This document shows, piece after piece, positions 1 through 12,446 of a stretch of 64,000 nucleotides of DNA. Every line of letters begins with the position of its first letter. The stretch's first letter is position 1. A model generated the notes under the pieces. That model did no database searches. It had not been told where the DNA came from and saw only the letters and a program-made list of their open reading frames with translations. The position numbers and the translations under genes were made by a program. This DNA comes from Gnetum montanum (taxonomy: Eukaryota > Plantae > Gnetophyta). The stretch lies in assembly GCA_015680685.1 (NCBI GenBank), contig MNCI01002118.1, positions 533,042-597,041 of the forward strand, given 5' to 3'.

Positions 1-660
1 CCCACGTGCTCTTCTCTCTCGACGCTTCTCAGGACAGAGCTATCGGACTACTTTCCCAGCCGAACTTCTAATCGTTCTTTAGCGGCAATACTGATTCGGA
101 CAGCATCTGATTAGGGTATACCTAATCAAGAGACAATTGGCTGCAACGCCAACACTTCTCAGAAAACACAACGCAAGCGGATTTCAGAGTGCTAAAGCAA
201 CGAGCTTTTCATAGACTATCAAAGCGATACCAATGAAGATGCACAAAATGGAGATTGCAAAGCCAAGATAAGGAAGCACTTCTTGAATTACTAGCAGAGA
301 CATTACAAGCAGACTTCACACTTCTATCACACTTCTATTGCAGACCTTCACACTCACATACTCATTACTATCATCCCATTCTACCATTTTCCCATACTGA
401 CTACAAACTCAGGCCTCTTATTTATAGCTTCTAAGGCCGGGGTTGGCGTACAAGCCACACGCCAATGACTCACACCAAGCTTATCTAGACACGTCACACT
501 AGATAACTCTTACATGACTCACCATCCTTATCCTTTCAGATGGCTTTCAAGATGGCTTTATGAACCGCACAGATTTTAGCGCGCGATTTGTTACAATCAA
601 GACATTCCTTAATCAACTTGGACAACTCAAATAAGACGTTAGTTGGCATTGACAACGACA
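1..660 (-). mobile_element. Probable LTR fragment running off the window start
   Basis: Non-coding, CpG-retaining, reverse TATA (tatttatag about 419-427), CA terminus near 660; no partner LTR seen. Confidence 0.3.
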
Positions 661-669
661 CTTCCTATG

Positions 670-1755
670 GTAGTTGTAACTTCTTTGGAACAAGATGCTC
701 ATTCTCATACCAAGTTGTTTCTTCGAAGAGGTTGATCCATTGAAACGAACTACACAGCTTGGATTCCCATCTATCGTATTTCTAAAATATTTGGTAAAAA
801 GTGCAATTCATAGCTTTTCATGCTATGGAAAATACTTTTCCCAGCCTCATAAACTATGGAATGTAAATTCAACACAATGCAATGTAAGGCATGGCGTAGG
901 CATGATATAACCTAATTAAGGCATGGGTTTTTACATAAATTTGTTGAAACCCACTTTTGAGTTTAAAGTCCATTATGTTAACAGTTATCGTATTGATGCA
1001 TATGTTGAGAGTAACGAAAACAGAGTACAGCATCTAGAAATGAGAGTTACACAAGGGTGTGGTTAGAATCATGACCTTGCAAAGTGCTAATCATGTTCGC
1101 CTTGATTGTGTATATGATTTTTCCATACGCCATGACAATCAAATCAGCCTTACATGGAGTCTACGCATAACTTATCATCAGATAGTAAATATGATATATT
1201 GCTAGCAATTCAATAATTGAGGTTATATACAAAAATCCTTTATAGGTTCAAAGTGGAGATTGTTCAAAATGCATCTATTGGTAATGCCAACATTTGTAGA
1301 TATATTTGAAAGAGTAAATTGTTTACTACACACCTATTTAAGGAATGTAAAACTAGAGAATTATTGGAATTTGTAAATATATCTCCTTATTTATAATTTT
1401 TTTTCTTTTGGTATTAGCTATTATTTGTTAAAGGTGTTTTATAAACCAAAGGTGACATAATTTATCCTGCATGTGATAGTAGATGGCTCTCACTCCAAAA
1501 GCCTATCAATGTAAAAGGATTTTTGCTTGACTTTGTGTGTTTCTACGTGTGCTTCTTTGTTTCTTATCCTGCTGATGTACCTGAAGACTGTTGCTGACCT
1601 AACTTGTTGAACACAAAAGCTTTTTGCCACTGCTTTTTTCCTCGTTTTTCACCCAAGATTTTTAGGGGGATTCCACATAAATCTAGTGTTCAATTTCTTT
1701 GCTTCTTGTCTTTCTGTTTTAATATTTGTTTTATGATTGTACTTATGCAACAACA
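670..1755 (+). mobile_element. Highly decayed Ty1/copia 3' end (RNase H remnant plus LTR remnant)
   Basis: Frameshifted DNQ/SALH...YHQ.SK-like residues near 1130-1200; copia-LTR-like ggggattccacataaatctagtgttc...caacaaca at about 1665-1755. Confidence 0.35.
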
Positions 1756-2124
1756 ATCCAAAAAATCTGTAAGGTGAGTTGATGAGGTGTAGTACCCTAT
1801 ATTTGTGCATGTGACCTATATACTCTATTAAATACTTAGACTTGAACTATATTTTAAAACTTACATATATTTGCAGATGTGCCTACTGCTTTTAAGTTAA
1901 TGTAAAAACATTTGATTGGGTGACTTAAATCATATTTACTATTTAATCATAATTTGTTTCTAATTATTTATTATTTTAACATCAAAAAATATATTTTTAT
2001 TGACGAATGAGGGTGACAAAGTCTAAATAATTCTAAAATAATACTACAAAATTAATGAAATTTGGATCCATGGCTTATTTTGCCATTTTGTTGAAATTTT
2101 TAATTTATTGAATATTTTTAAAAA

Positions 2125-2288
2125 ATCATCACCTAAAGCCACAATGCTCATCTTTCCAAGTGGGGTCATAGGAGGGTCAATGGATGAGCAAAAGGCTAAC
2201 TTGTTCAAGTGGTTGCACCTAGGCTCAAACCCAAGTCTTTGACTTGAGAAACAAGAAACTTACAATCACTCCAAATGACAATTCCTTA
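2125..2288 (-). mobile_element. Possible decayed tRNA-derived SINE
   Basis: Reverse strand shows box-A-like tggagtgattgtaag and box-B-like ggtttgagcc, embedded in very AT-rich DNA. Confidence 0.3.
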
Positions 2289-5200
2289 ATTTATTGAATA
2301 TTTAATTAACAAAAATATATTAAAAATTCAAAAATGTCAAATTGCATTTAAATTTAGTGGACTAACTCAATTCTACATATCGAGTAGATATTTATAATTA
2401 GTTTTTTGATCTGACTTCCAAATTTGGAGATTTTAATGTTAAACAATTAAAAAGGGACCTTATGGGCCTATAGTTCCTTGGTGCAATTAAAATATTAATT
2501 TTTACTTAAGTAACTAACACATTTGTGTTTATTTTAACTGACTTGACATGTGTAAAATATTAGATGTACAAAAAATTTAATATCAATGACTTTTGTTGGC
2601 CAAAATATAAAAATTGCGAAAAATAGATAAAAGGCCAAAACTAAATTAGAAACCCTCTTACCCTTATAAAGTTAAAATGACTTAAAACAAGCTAAGAAGG
2701 TGGGCTACATGAGAAAAATGTAGGATGGTGATGTGTTCTTGATATTACTTTTTGACATGCTTATAATGACATTTATTTTTAATCTGCGCATTGTCTACTT
2801 CAAAGTAATGGCTGAAAAAGGATAAAGGACAAAGAATTCATTTAATCTGGACATGTGGCTCTCTTGGGTGTTGCCTCTATCACATGTCTACTCCATCATG
2901 AGTTTTCCTATCCAAGTGAAACAGTTATTATGTTATCAATAGAAAAAGATATTTTTGAAAAAGGGGTTGTCCAGTCTCTTCCCATTGTGTAAACATTTAT
3001 GCACAAGTCTTTGCTCAAGCCGTAGAGCCTCCTTCATCCTATAACTAGAGGGCCTTTTACTCCTGTTTTTGCTTTTACCAAAAAAGGGGACTGTGCTAGT
3101 TTAAGGTGTGAGGAGTGAAAGAGAGAAGAAGGTATGTGTGGTTGTTCCTGACTTACTCTCAGCCTTTCTTTTGGACAGTCAAAAAAGGTTTTGTGGGATT
3201 TGTGGTAGAGGCTTGAGAAACTGACCTTGCTGCGTAGGGAGGCCATTTGTGACTGATTTTGAAGATTGCTGGGCTACTTTTTTATCTGATTTTGTTGAAG
3301 GATTCTGGTTGCACCTTGGACTTGCTAATTTAGCTTGATTCTTCTGACTGCCAATTGGACAACAAGCCAAGCTTGAATTATGTTCTTCCCCAAATTGATC
3401 AATCTAATCCTGGAGGTGTGCATTCTAATCTTTGGTGTGCATAAATTATTGATGATTGTTTATTACTGGGCTTGGAAAAGTTGAGGAGGGATTTTCTTGT
3501 GAGTTGCAAGTCATACATGGGATCTTTCATGAGTTATGAATCTAATTTTTGACATAAATGGTTTGGGCTTATGAGTTAGCAATTTCTTTGAATCATGTGC
3601 ACTTGGTATTTCATGTTTTTGTAAACATTATTAATAAAATCCCCCTATCATTCTATCCAATGCTAGTATCCAATGCTGGTGATCTCTTGTGTGAGCTACA
3701 AAATGTTACAAGGTAAGAGGCGCTTGGTGCGTGGCAACTAGATGTATAAAGGATCTCTTGAGTCCTCATTTAAAATAAAAAGACATTATGCATATTGATG
3801 ATCATTTATATCTTTTGCATAATGGAAAGTGAAGGGCACATGTTCTATTTTGTTGAGCATTTTCATGTTCAGTTTTGAAAGAACTTGTTAAGAGAGTTGC
3901 CATGTCCCATTTCATTGTTAAATAGTCATTTGTTCAAGCTTACATTTCCTTCATGAAAACAAGAGAGGCTGAAAATTAAGTTGTGAAGTTTGGAACAATT
4001 TAGCACCATGTTAATCAATCATGGAAGTTAAGCTTGAATTGGAACACTCTTATCACTATGCTAATTTTCTTTGTTTTTATATTTCCACTGAGATATGAAT
4101 AAATGGAATTCACATGTTTGTCTGCTGAAAAGTCAGAATCTAATTCTTGATTATGACTATTCCTAGTTTAGAGACTGCTACTTTTTTTTTTCTGTTATGT
4201 TATTTTCTATTTTTTGTCTTTGATTTCACTGAAAGAAAAAGGAAGAATAAACAGTCACCTTTAAATTTTTTCCTCTTTTATATTTAACAAACAAAAATAC
4301 AAAATCAGGTACCCTTATTTTTCATGGTTTTTTCCTGGTTTCTATGTTTCATTTCATCTCTAGCAGCACCTCTAAATCTGTACTTTGTTCAATAGAATTT
4401 GGTAAGACATTCAGGTTATCATGTTTTTCTGCAGTAGTAGGGCTGTAGGGTCTTTGTTAGGTTCAGTAGGTAGGTTTAAAAGGGTACAAAACTAAACTGA
4501 ATTTCAGAAAAAATAGTTGGTGCTTAATTCCCAATATTTCTGCTTTTTCATTTAAGAAATATTTCAAAGATTATAAGTACCTTAGGATGGAGAAAAGCAT
4601 TGTTCAATCCCCACTACCTATTATGAAATGTGTACATATTTACTATTTCAGATTTATTTTAGGCCCTCATTTTGCCCAACAGTCAGATTTTGTTTGCCAA
4701 AAACTAGAATGCCTTAAAATGGAAAAAAATGGTTGATTTCCATGTGTAAACATTCAACTATGATCAGTGCGGTAAGATAGTAACAGCCCTTTTTTTACAT
4801 AAATGAGCAACAATCCCACGTGTTGTAACCCATGTGAGCTAGTTTCTCAAATGGCATCTAAAACTTACTTGAGATGCACAGTTAACTTCTTTCTAGTGTA
4901 AGTTGTCGATGGTTAATCGAGGAAGCCTAGAAGTCTTGTTGGAGTATGTCTTTTACTACTTGATAAATGATCTATAATTCTGTCACAGTGAAAACTTTTC
5001 CTTTTATACAACCAATGTATTATTCATTTATTCTTGTTTTCATATACTAAACCCATTTATTTACCAGCAATTATGGTTTGTTTATTTAAAAAAAGAGGAA
5101 AAAAAAACATACGTGTGATAATGTATGTTTACTTGCTTTCTGTAAAACAAACCCACACAAATTATGATTATAAGTCCTTTGGACCCTAGGATAAGAAATT

Positions 5201-6712
5201 CACCTAAATTTACAATTAGTAATTAGGTGAATGATGCATTTGATTCTTGTGCTTTATGTGAAACATATAGTATTCCTATGGATCATTAATTAATATATTC
5301 ATCCCCATACCTTGAATGGATGAGTTGCATTGTTTAATTTTTTAATACACCCTAGTAAAGATGAGCCCCACTATCCAACCTTACCCATACATATGCTTAA
5401 GTTTACTATCCTAAGCCATTGGACCCAAGAGGGCTGAGCTGCATAACTCTTTTAGGTTTTTAATGATACTAGCACCATTTCTAAGTGTGTACCCACCTCA
5501 CATACAACCCCCAATCACCTATCTTGGAGGTATATCAAGGTACAAGCCAAAAATGATAGTTGAGCTAAGCGTTATCTATGTAGCAAAGAACTCAAAGATA
5601 ACCCAATTCATGGTTGAATGGTGACCAAATTCTCCAAGTTAGATAGTTCTCAATCTAGGAAGGCAATATCAAATTCCATGGGCAAAGTTATGAAAACCTA
5701 TATATTTATTATCCCTAGCCACTACTTGAAGCTTTTTATAAATTAAATCATCTTTTTTGGTGAAAACATAGTGGAGGATTACGACTACATTTAACTACAT
5801 AGTTAATATTGCTTGTAAAACAAAACTTGAAAAAAGTGAGTCACACAAATATTTAATGTTTTCTAGCTTCTAAAGTGATGGAAATTGATAACCATCACCT
5901 TTAGCTATACTACTCTTTGAGGTATCATAGTACTACCAAAGATAAATGATATGCTATTGATGCAGTAATCCTTAAAATTATGAAAAGTAGAACAATCCTA
6001 TTTTATCAATGACATATTAAGTTCAATGAAGGTAGGAGGTATGTAGACCCTGAAATCAACCAATTATATTAAGTTATATTCCTATTGATTATTAGTGTAA
6101 ATCTAGCCCCATGTTTCCGAGAAGTTGGGAAAATTTTGTAGTGAAAATTTAGAGGTCATTTAGTAGGGTTATTAGGAATCCTACATGAGAAAAACACATA
6201 GGTTCAATGGATTACATAGATCAAAGCCAACACTTCAAGAATAGTGCCTTAGCTTGCATGGGAACATGGGATCAAATTCAATATGTGTGTATTAAATTAG
6301 CAACTAATGACTTGTTGCACCTTTCCACCACTTAGGACATGCCAAGTCAATATAGGACATTATTTCTGTACTTTTTTTCTTACTACTAGAAACTGGAAGT
6401 AATATCCCTGGCAAGCAATGGAAGGCTTGACATTTTCCATTCTTTCTTATTAGTATTCTTGTACATTGTCATATAGATAGGGTGTTATTTTATTCCATGA
6501 CCTCATTATCTCATTCATTGATACATATGCTGGTAAGGGCCTTTTTACATCGGGTTCTACCAGAGTTATTCATACTCTTTCAGCAATATTTCACGTAGTC
6601 CATACTTGTCACATAACTATAGAAGTTGTACCAAAATTTGTCGTTTTTATAATGCATATATAATTCATAGCTATCATCATCTGCTTAAAAGAAATAATGG
6701 ATGATCAAGTAC

Positions 6713-6791
6713 CTCAAACAATCTTATCCTTTTCCTGCCATCCCATACAATGCAATAGCCATCAGAGTCGCCTGTAGCAAATGTACCATCG
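6713..6791 (-). CDS. BUB3: BUB3.3-like exon 7 (gene incomplete; later exon(s) not found in window)
   Basis: Acceptor actttag; DGTFATGDSDGYCIVWDGRKRIRLFE (the GTF.TGD..GY pattern favours the BUB3.3 subgroup); donor gtactt, phase 0. Confidence 0.9.
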
Positions 6792-6882
6792 CTAAAGTAA
6801 ACAAGAGCATTTTTAAAACCATGTTATTATTTAGCTATGTAGAAAATACAACAAAGTTATCATCAAGATAAAACCTACTCAC

Positions 6883-6963
6883 ATTGGATGAAAGTTGATT
6901 GCATTTACAGAAGATGAGACAATTCCTGATATTTTTGACGTCGGAACACATCGAAATGCATAA
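6883..6963 (-). CDS. BUB3: BUB3.3-like exon 6
   Basis: Acceptor gccag; (S)YAFRCVPTSKISGIVSSSVNAINFHP(I); donor gtgagt; phase 2 to 2. Confidence 0.92.
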
Positions 6964-7409
6964 CTGGCATCAGAAGGGCACCAAAATAAACATTAAATCC
7001 TCCATGGCTATGGTTGTTGAACTAGTTGTTTCAATAAAAGCAAGAAATTCAGATAGCTGTAGCAGATTTAAAACAACTCCAGAATAGCTGATAATGTCCA
7101 TATTCTCTCTTCTATAGCAGTATTTTAATGCATTTACGCTGAAAATATAAAGAGAGAGATCCATAACCAACGAGAAATGGTCACAGTTACACTCTGAATA
7201 TGACAGCTTATATTTAAATAAAAGGCCCTAACAACATCTTCACCCATATAGGATAAACATTTGCAAAACAAAAAGTACATATCATTAATACAGAAAAGTA
7301 TGCAGCAAACATGTACATGGTGGGATAGGTGAATGCTGAAATAGAAAGACATTTGCCCAATTAAACTAAAATATATGGAATGTAAGAAAGGCCGTAGGGT
7401 TGATGGTTT

Positions 7410-7411
<2 letters not shown>

Positions 7412-7445
<34 letters not shown>

Positions 7446-7462
7446 GGGGGGGGGGGGGGGGG
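7412..7462 (-). repeat. T33-G18 homopolymer (C-run plus poly(A) on the minus strand) abutting an assembly N; probable 3' tail of a non-LTR insertion
   Basis: Seen directly; N at 7463. Confidence 0.5.
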
Positions 7463-7463
7463 N

Positions 7464-8700
7464 GTCCTATGCTCCTTTTGTCCTCAAAAACATAATGACA
7501 TGACAGTTCCATGCAATAGTTAGAGGGGGCTACAATCTTCCTCCGTACCCCACTCAATAGGACACTGCCTAGGAGGGTTGTGTAGTTCTACTCTACATTG
7601 GGAGTAAGCCAAGGGTGTCATGGGACATTGTGTGTGCTCGTAAGAGCATGACATGAACTACCAGCACACAATGATGAATCTATAGGGCTTAACTAATAGT
7701 CCCTATGATGTCCACATGAGTGGAGCAAGGGAGTGACTAATTAGCTTATATCATTTTTGTTACGTATACAAGTTTTATATACACTACTCAAGATATATGT
7801 TTCAGGCTTGTTGAGCATTGAGATGTATTCCTCTTGAGCCCTATCCAAAATTCTAAACCTATTTGAGGGATTCACAGAGTGCTAGTCAACGTGTTAGGGA
7901 CAACATTATTACAGATGGTATGAGAGCCTCATACCATTTGCTAACTGAAATTTGACCAATAAAAGAGAAGAGAAGCTTTTTGGTTTGTGAGGTTTCTATT
8001 CCTAACTTCTACCAATCACTCATTTATATTGTTGATGGCCTTGTGAGAAGGCCTCTTGTAAGATGTATCCAAGTGGGCCTAGTGGGACGGTCGACAACCA
8101 AGCCAACCCGAAAGACAAGATGAAACTTGGCCAAGATGAGGCTGGGTTTCAGAACCTTTGTGAGTAAATCAAGGTTGTAGATGAGGCTTTGGCCAGCCCT
8201 AGTTCTAACACCATTGACTCGATTCACTATGTCCTCAAAGAGATGAACCTTTCTCAATACAAGTTGGACCTCTGCTCAGAGGACCAAGTGAAATTGGCAA
8301 AGGCCAAGGTCACTATCTTGGAGGGCTGTTTGGATCATATGCTGAGTTTGTACAAGGACCTCCTTGGGTCTTTCCAAGTGGCATAGTTAAAGGCATCTAT
8401 GGTTGATCACCTCTCCACATGGATGAAAGCCTTGGAGGACACATTGATTGAAGTGAACCAAGAGGTGTCTAAATTGAAAATTGAAAATGCCATCTTGAAA
8501 TCCTCCTAGGTAGGATGCCTTGTAGAAGAGACTATAGTGGTGGCCCATATCAAAGTGAGGGAACCCTTATGATGGTGAGAGAAACGATGCAAAGATTGGC
8601 ACCTTCCTCCACAATGTGGAGATGTACTTGTCTACTGTACTTGTCTACTGGGGGCATTTATTGGTTGCTCAAATACTACCACAACATTTGAAGCTAATTA
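7464..8700 (+). mobile_element. Truncated LTR retrotransposon: LTR end, Met-tRNA PBS and decayed chromovirus-like gag
   Basis: LTR ends ttaca at 7913; PBS tggtatgagagc 7916-7927; gag-like HIKVREP/YDGERNDAKIGTFLHNVEMYL near 8545-8630. Confidence 0.6.
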
Positions 8701-9240
8701 CTAGATCATGGATATGAGAGCATATGTCTCCCAAAAAAGGCATGTTCTAAAAACTAAACATGAGTGATCTTAGATCAATCAAAATAACAGACACAAATTC
8801 ACAGCCAGTTAAAATGGTGGAAATTGTGTTGATCAAACTTTTGATGGAGCAAAGGGACTCCAACTAAGAAGCATTCTGTACATCCGTAATTTGAAGTAAA
8901 ATCTACTATCATTAAGTCTGTTGACCAAAAAATGGTTTTGACATAAGTATGACATATTGTGTTGGTGGACACAACTTGAGAAAATATTGCTTTTAAAATG
9001 GGAAAGTGGAGACATGCTCTAAAATCAAAAGGATTAAAAATCAATAGAAGTAAGATAGAATATATGGATTGGAATTCAATAAAAGAATAAAAAATGGTGA
9101 AATAGAAGTAATAATTTAAGACTAAAAGTCCCTCACTACAAACAATTCCACTACATTGGACTAATGCTCCAATTAGATAGTGAAATTGAAGGAGATATAA
9201 GAAATTGGATTGAGATAGGATAGTCAAAATGAAGATAGGT

Positions 9241-9661
9241 AGCGGGAGCGGCTACAGGCAGATGAGGCTTTGCGGCAGGCCCAGCTTGACCGCGCCCACG
9301 AGCATAACGCCCGGCGGTGGCTGCGGGAGGGGCGGTGCCCATACTTTGTGTTGGGCATTAACTGCGAGTGCTCCTGGATGGAGCTCAGACGTCACATCCG
9401 CCGGACCTCGGCGCGGTATCACCCCGACGTCGGGTGTTCGGAGGAAGACCGGGCTCGTCGCGAGTCGCTTCTGCAGGGCATCCAGCAGGCGGCTAATTTC
9501 GTGGATACGGAGGACCATCGGAATGCCCTCGATATCCTCCATGAGCTGGAGCGCCCTCGCTGCGCGTGTCGGCGGCTTCCGACTCGCCCGTAGGGGTTCG
9601 GCCCGGGTGGAGGGTCGTACGGTTGGGGGGTTGTACGGTTGGGGGGTCGCCCCCCCCCCGC
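9241..9661 (+). mobile_element. Young 5'-truncated copy of the J-domain LINE (3' end only)
   Basis: GC/CpG-rich block abruptly inserted in the AT-rich RTE remnant; absent from the duplicate flanks (junctions at 9830 and about 10779); protein homology to the LINE 3' ends at 18400-18840 and 22541-22900. Confidence 0.8.
9243..9593 (+). CDS. Open, 5'-truncated reading frame encoding a coiled-coil end plus an intact J-domain (DnaJ/Hsp40-like)
   Basis: CPYFVLGINCECSWMELRRHIRRTSARYHPD...RESLLQGIQQAANFVDTEDHRNALD follows the J-domain pattern (Y.vLG, helix II, HPD, helix III, R..D); HPD at 9420-9428; no start codon of its own. Confidence 0.8.
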   Translation, partial: RERLQADEALRQAQLDRAHEHNARRWLREGRCPYFVLGINCECSWMELRRHIRRTSARYHPDVGCSEEDRARRESLLQGIQQAANFVDTEDHRNALDILHELERPRCACRRLPTRP

Positions 9662-12370
9662 NGATAGAATATATGGATTGGAATTCAATAAAAGAATAAA
9701 AAATGGTGAAATAGAAGTAATAATTTAAGACTAAAAGTCCCTCACTACAAACAATTCCACTACATTGGACTAATGCTCCAATTAGATAGTGAAATTGGAT
9801 TGAGATAGGATAGTCAAAATGAAGATAGGTTGGTGATGTTTTACATAACAAAAGAATCTGAATAAAACTAAAACTAAAAGGAAAATTCTATAGGACAATA
9901 ATCAAGCTTGCTATTGTACATGGTGTTAAATGTTGGGTTGTACAATTGAAGCATGAACAACAAACTAGCATAGTAGAAATGCAAATGCTTACATAGATAT
10001 TGAATGTTACAAGAAAAGATAAATTGCACAATACAAATATTAGAGGAAGGCTTGGAGTAGCTTATACTTTAGATAAGCTAGAAGAATGGCATTCTAGATA
10101 AGTTGGGNNNNNNNNNNNNNNNNNNNNNNNNNNNNNNNNNNNNNNNNNNNNNNNNNNNNNNNNNNNNNNNNNNNNNNNNNNNNNNNNNNNNNNNNNNNNN
10201 NNNNNNNNNNNNNNNNNNNNNNNNNNNNNNNNNNNNNNNNNNNNNNNNNNNNNNNNNNNNNNNNNNNNNNNNNNNNNNNNNNNNNNNNNNNNNNNNNNNN
10301 NNNNNNNNNNNNNNNNNNNNAGTGATCTTAGATCAATCAAAATAACAGACACAAATTCACAGCCAGTTAAAATGGTGGAAATTGTGTTGATCAAACTTTT
10401 GATGGAGCAAAGGGACTCCAACTAAGAAGCATTCTGTACATCCGTAATTTGAAGTAAAATCTACTATCATTAAGCATGTTGACCAAAAAATGGTTTTGAC
10501 ATAAGTATGACATATTGTGTTGGTGGACACAACTTGAGAAAATATTGCTTTTAAAATGGGAAAGTGGAGACATGCTCTAAAATCAAAAGGATTAAAAATC
10601 AATAGAAGTAAGATAGAATATATGGATTGGAATTCAATAAAAGAATAAAAAATGGTGAAATAGAAGTAATAATTTAAGACTAAAAGTCCCTCACTACAAA
10701 CAATTCCACTACATTGGACTAATGCTCCAATTAGATAGTGAAATTGGATTGAGATAGGATAGTCAAAATGAAGATAGGTTGGTGATGTTTTACATAACAA
10801 AAGAATCTGAATAAAACTAAAACTAAAAGGAAAATTCTATAGGACAATAATCAAGCTTGCTATTGTACATGGTGTTAAATGTTGGGTTGTACAATAGAAG
10901 CATGAACAACAAACTAGCATAGTAGAAATGCAAATGCTTACACAGATATTGAATGTTACAAGAAAAGATAAATTGCACAATACAAATATTAGAGGAAGGC
11001 TTGGAGTAGCTTATACTTTAGATAAGCTAGAAGAATGGCATTCTAGATAAGTTGGGTATATGCAAAGAAGATTAGATAATGGGCTTATTAAAAATGATTG
11101 CTACATTTTAGATAGGATGTATATTCAAGTTTTTATATCCAACTTTGTATATGATTAAATGATTATCAATAAAGATTATGCAAGGGTAGAAATACTAGGA
11201 AAACTTTCATGGATGTAAATAACAAGACACTTAACTGCAAAATTATGAAATTTCTAAGACTTGGAACAAGCATTTTACAATGTATTAGCATTAAACAAGT
11301 AAATACAAAATGTTCTTGTTGACTGGAAATAAAATAGCATCAACTTCTTGGTGTGGACCACTCACAACAAGCATTCAAATTCTTTTAGAAACCAATTACA
11401 ATGGAATCAAAAGAAATCCAAGCATGAAAAAAAAATCAAACTTCTTTATTCAATGCCAAAAATCAAAGTACAATGCTAGAATGACAAACACAACTAGCAT
11501 GTGGAACAAGACCTAAGACAATCTTCTTTCACTCTCACAATCCTCAATCACAATGCTCAAAATGAACAACCACAAGGAAGCCAACAATTGGAACACTCTC
11601 TAACTGCAAGAAGTCCCAATACAACATCATGGTAGGACTGACAACTTTAGAGACACCTCTGGTCCTTGTATAGCTTCAAGTGATTGTTTGTCTTCCCCTC
11701 AAAATCTGTACCTTTTTATATTTTAATTTTTTTCTTAGACTGTGAATGTATACAAATCACAACAACTCACAACTTTCAAACTACAACTCAACCCATCGCA
11801 CTAGTAAACCATGCCAATTTCCAACCACTATTTCTCTCAAGGCTATGACCAAACTAGGATGAACTATGGCTTACTTCACAAACTACATTCTTGTATGATC
11901 GCAATTGCCTCGCACTCTATTGAAGATTACAAAAAACTAACATATTGCTCTTAAACAACAGACTATGACTCAATCACTGGCAATGGCAGATTGCAACCTC
12001 CTACAACTCACAATGGCCTTGGAGCTGCCTGACCGACCGCTAAAAACATCTCAAATTATTCCAACAAGAGAATCAAATATAAACACAGAACTCTCATGAC
12101 TCCTAGAGACACTAAGGATACAAAATACATCAAAGAGGTGGGTTTATATCCTCATCACTTTTATATAATTGCTCATTAACTATACACACATGTATATATA
12201 AGAATGTGTAGGATATTATTTCCCATATCAACGCCTAGAATGCATTCTCAAAGATGGTTTTTAAGAAGCATGTGCAGACTTGTCTTTGATAATATCTATT
12301 GAAGAAGACACCATAAAATATTTATTTATAAGAATCTTCTGCAAATGTTCTCATTAAGCATAATGCATAC

Positions 12371-12446
12371 CTGCTCATTTCATGTGATTTGAATTGATTT
12401 ATTGGTTCCAACGCAACTCGTCCTTCTACACCACCAATAGCATATC
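12371..12446 (-). CDS. BUB3: BUB3.3-like exon 5
   Basis: Acceptor ttttgtag; GYAIGGVEGRVALEPINQFKSHEMS carries the GY...VEGRVA BUB3/Rae1 hallmark; donor gtatgc, phase 2. Confidence 0.92.

Larger units (their letters stand above)
8763..11100 (+). mobile_element. Decayed RTE-clade LINE RT 3' fragment, present as overlapping near-identical copies across N joins
   Basis: IVLVDTT...WRHALKSKGLKINRSKIEYM and KLKGKFYRTIIK...EMQML...TRKDKLHNTNIRGRLGV match plant RTE ORF2; 8763-9240 plus 9831-10087 recur at 10321-11056. Confidence 0.8.

Noticed and set aside
6600-6682. Candidate BUB3 exon 8 after ttttaagcag near 6681
   Set aside because: Would need an intron of about 30 nt, and the translation shows no BUB3 similarity
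9270-9593. Host DnaJ gene or processed DnaJ pseudogene
   Set aside because: No ATG or promoter, and homologues sit at a fixed position inside LINE copies, so it is part of the element
10062-10421. ORFs spanning the N run
   Set aside because: Artefacts of the gap
8799-10800. Repeated 142-199 aa hydrophobic minus-strand ORFs
   Set aside because: Antisense frames of the A-rich RTE remnant; the repetition reflects duplicated sequence
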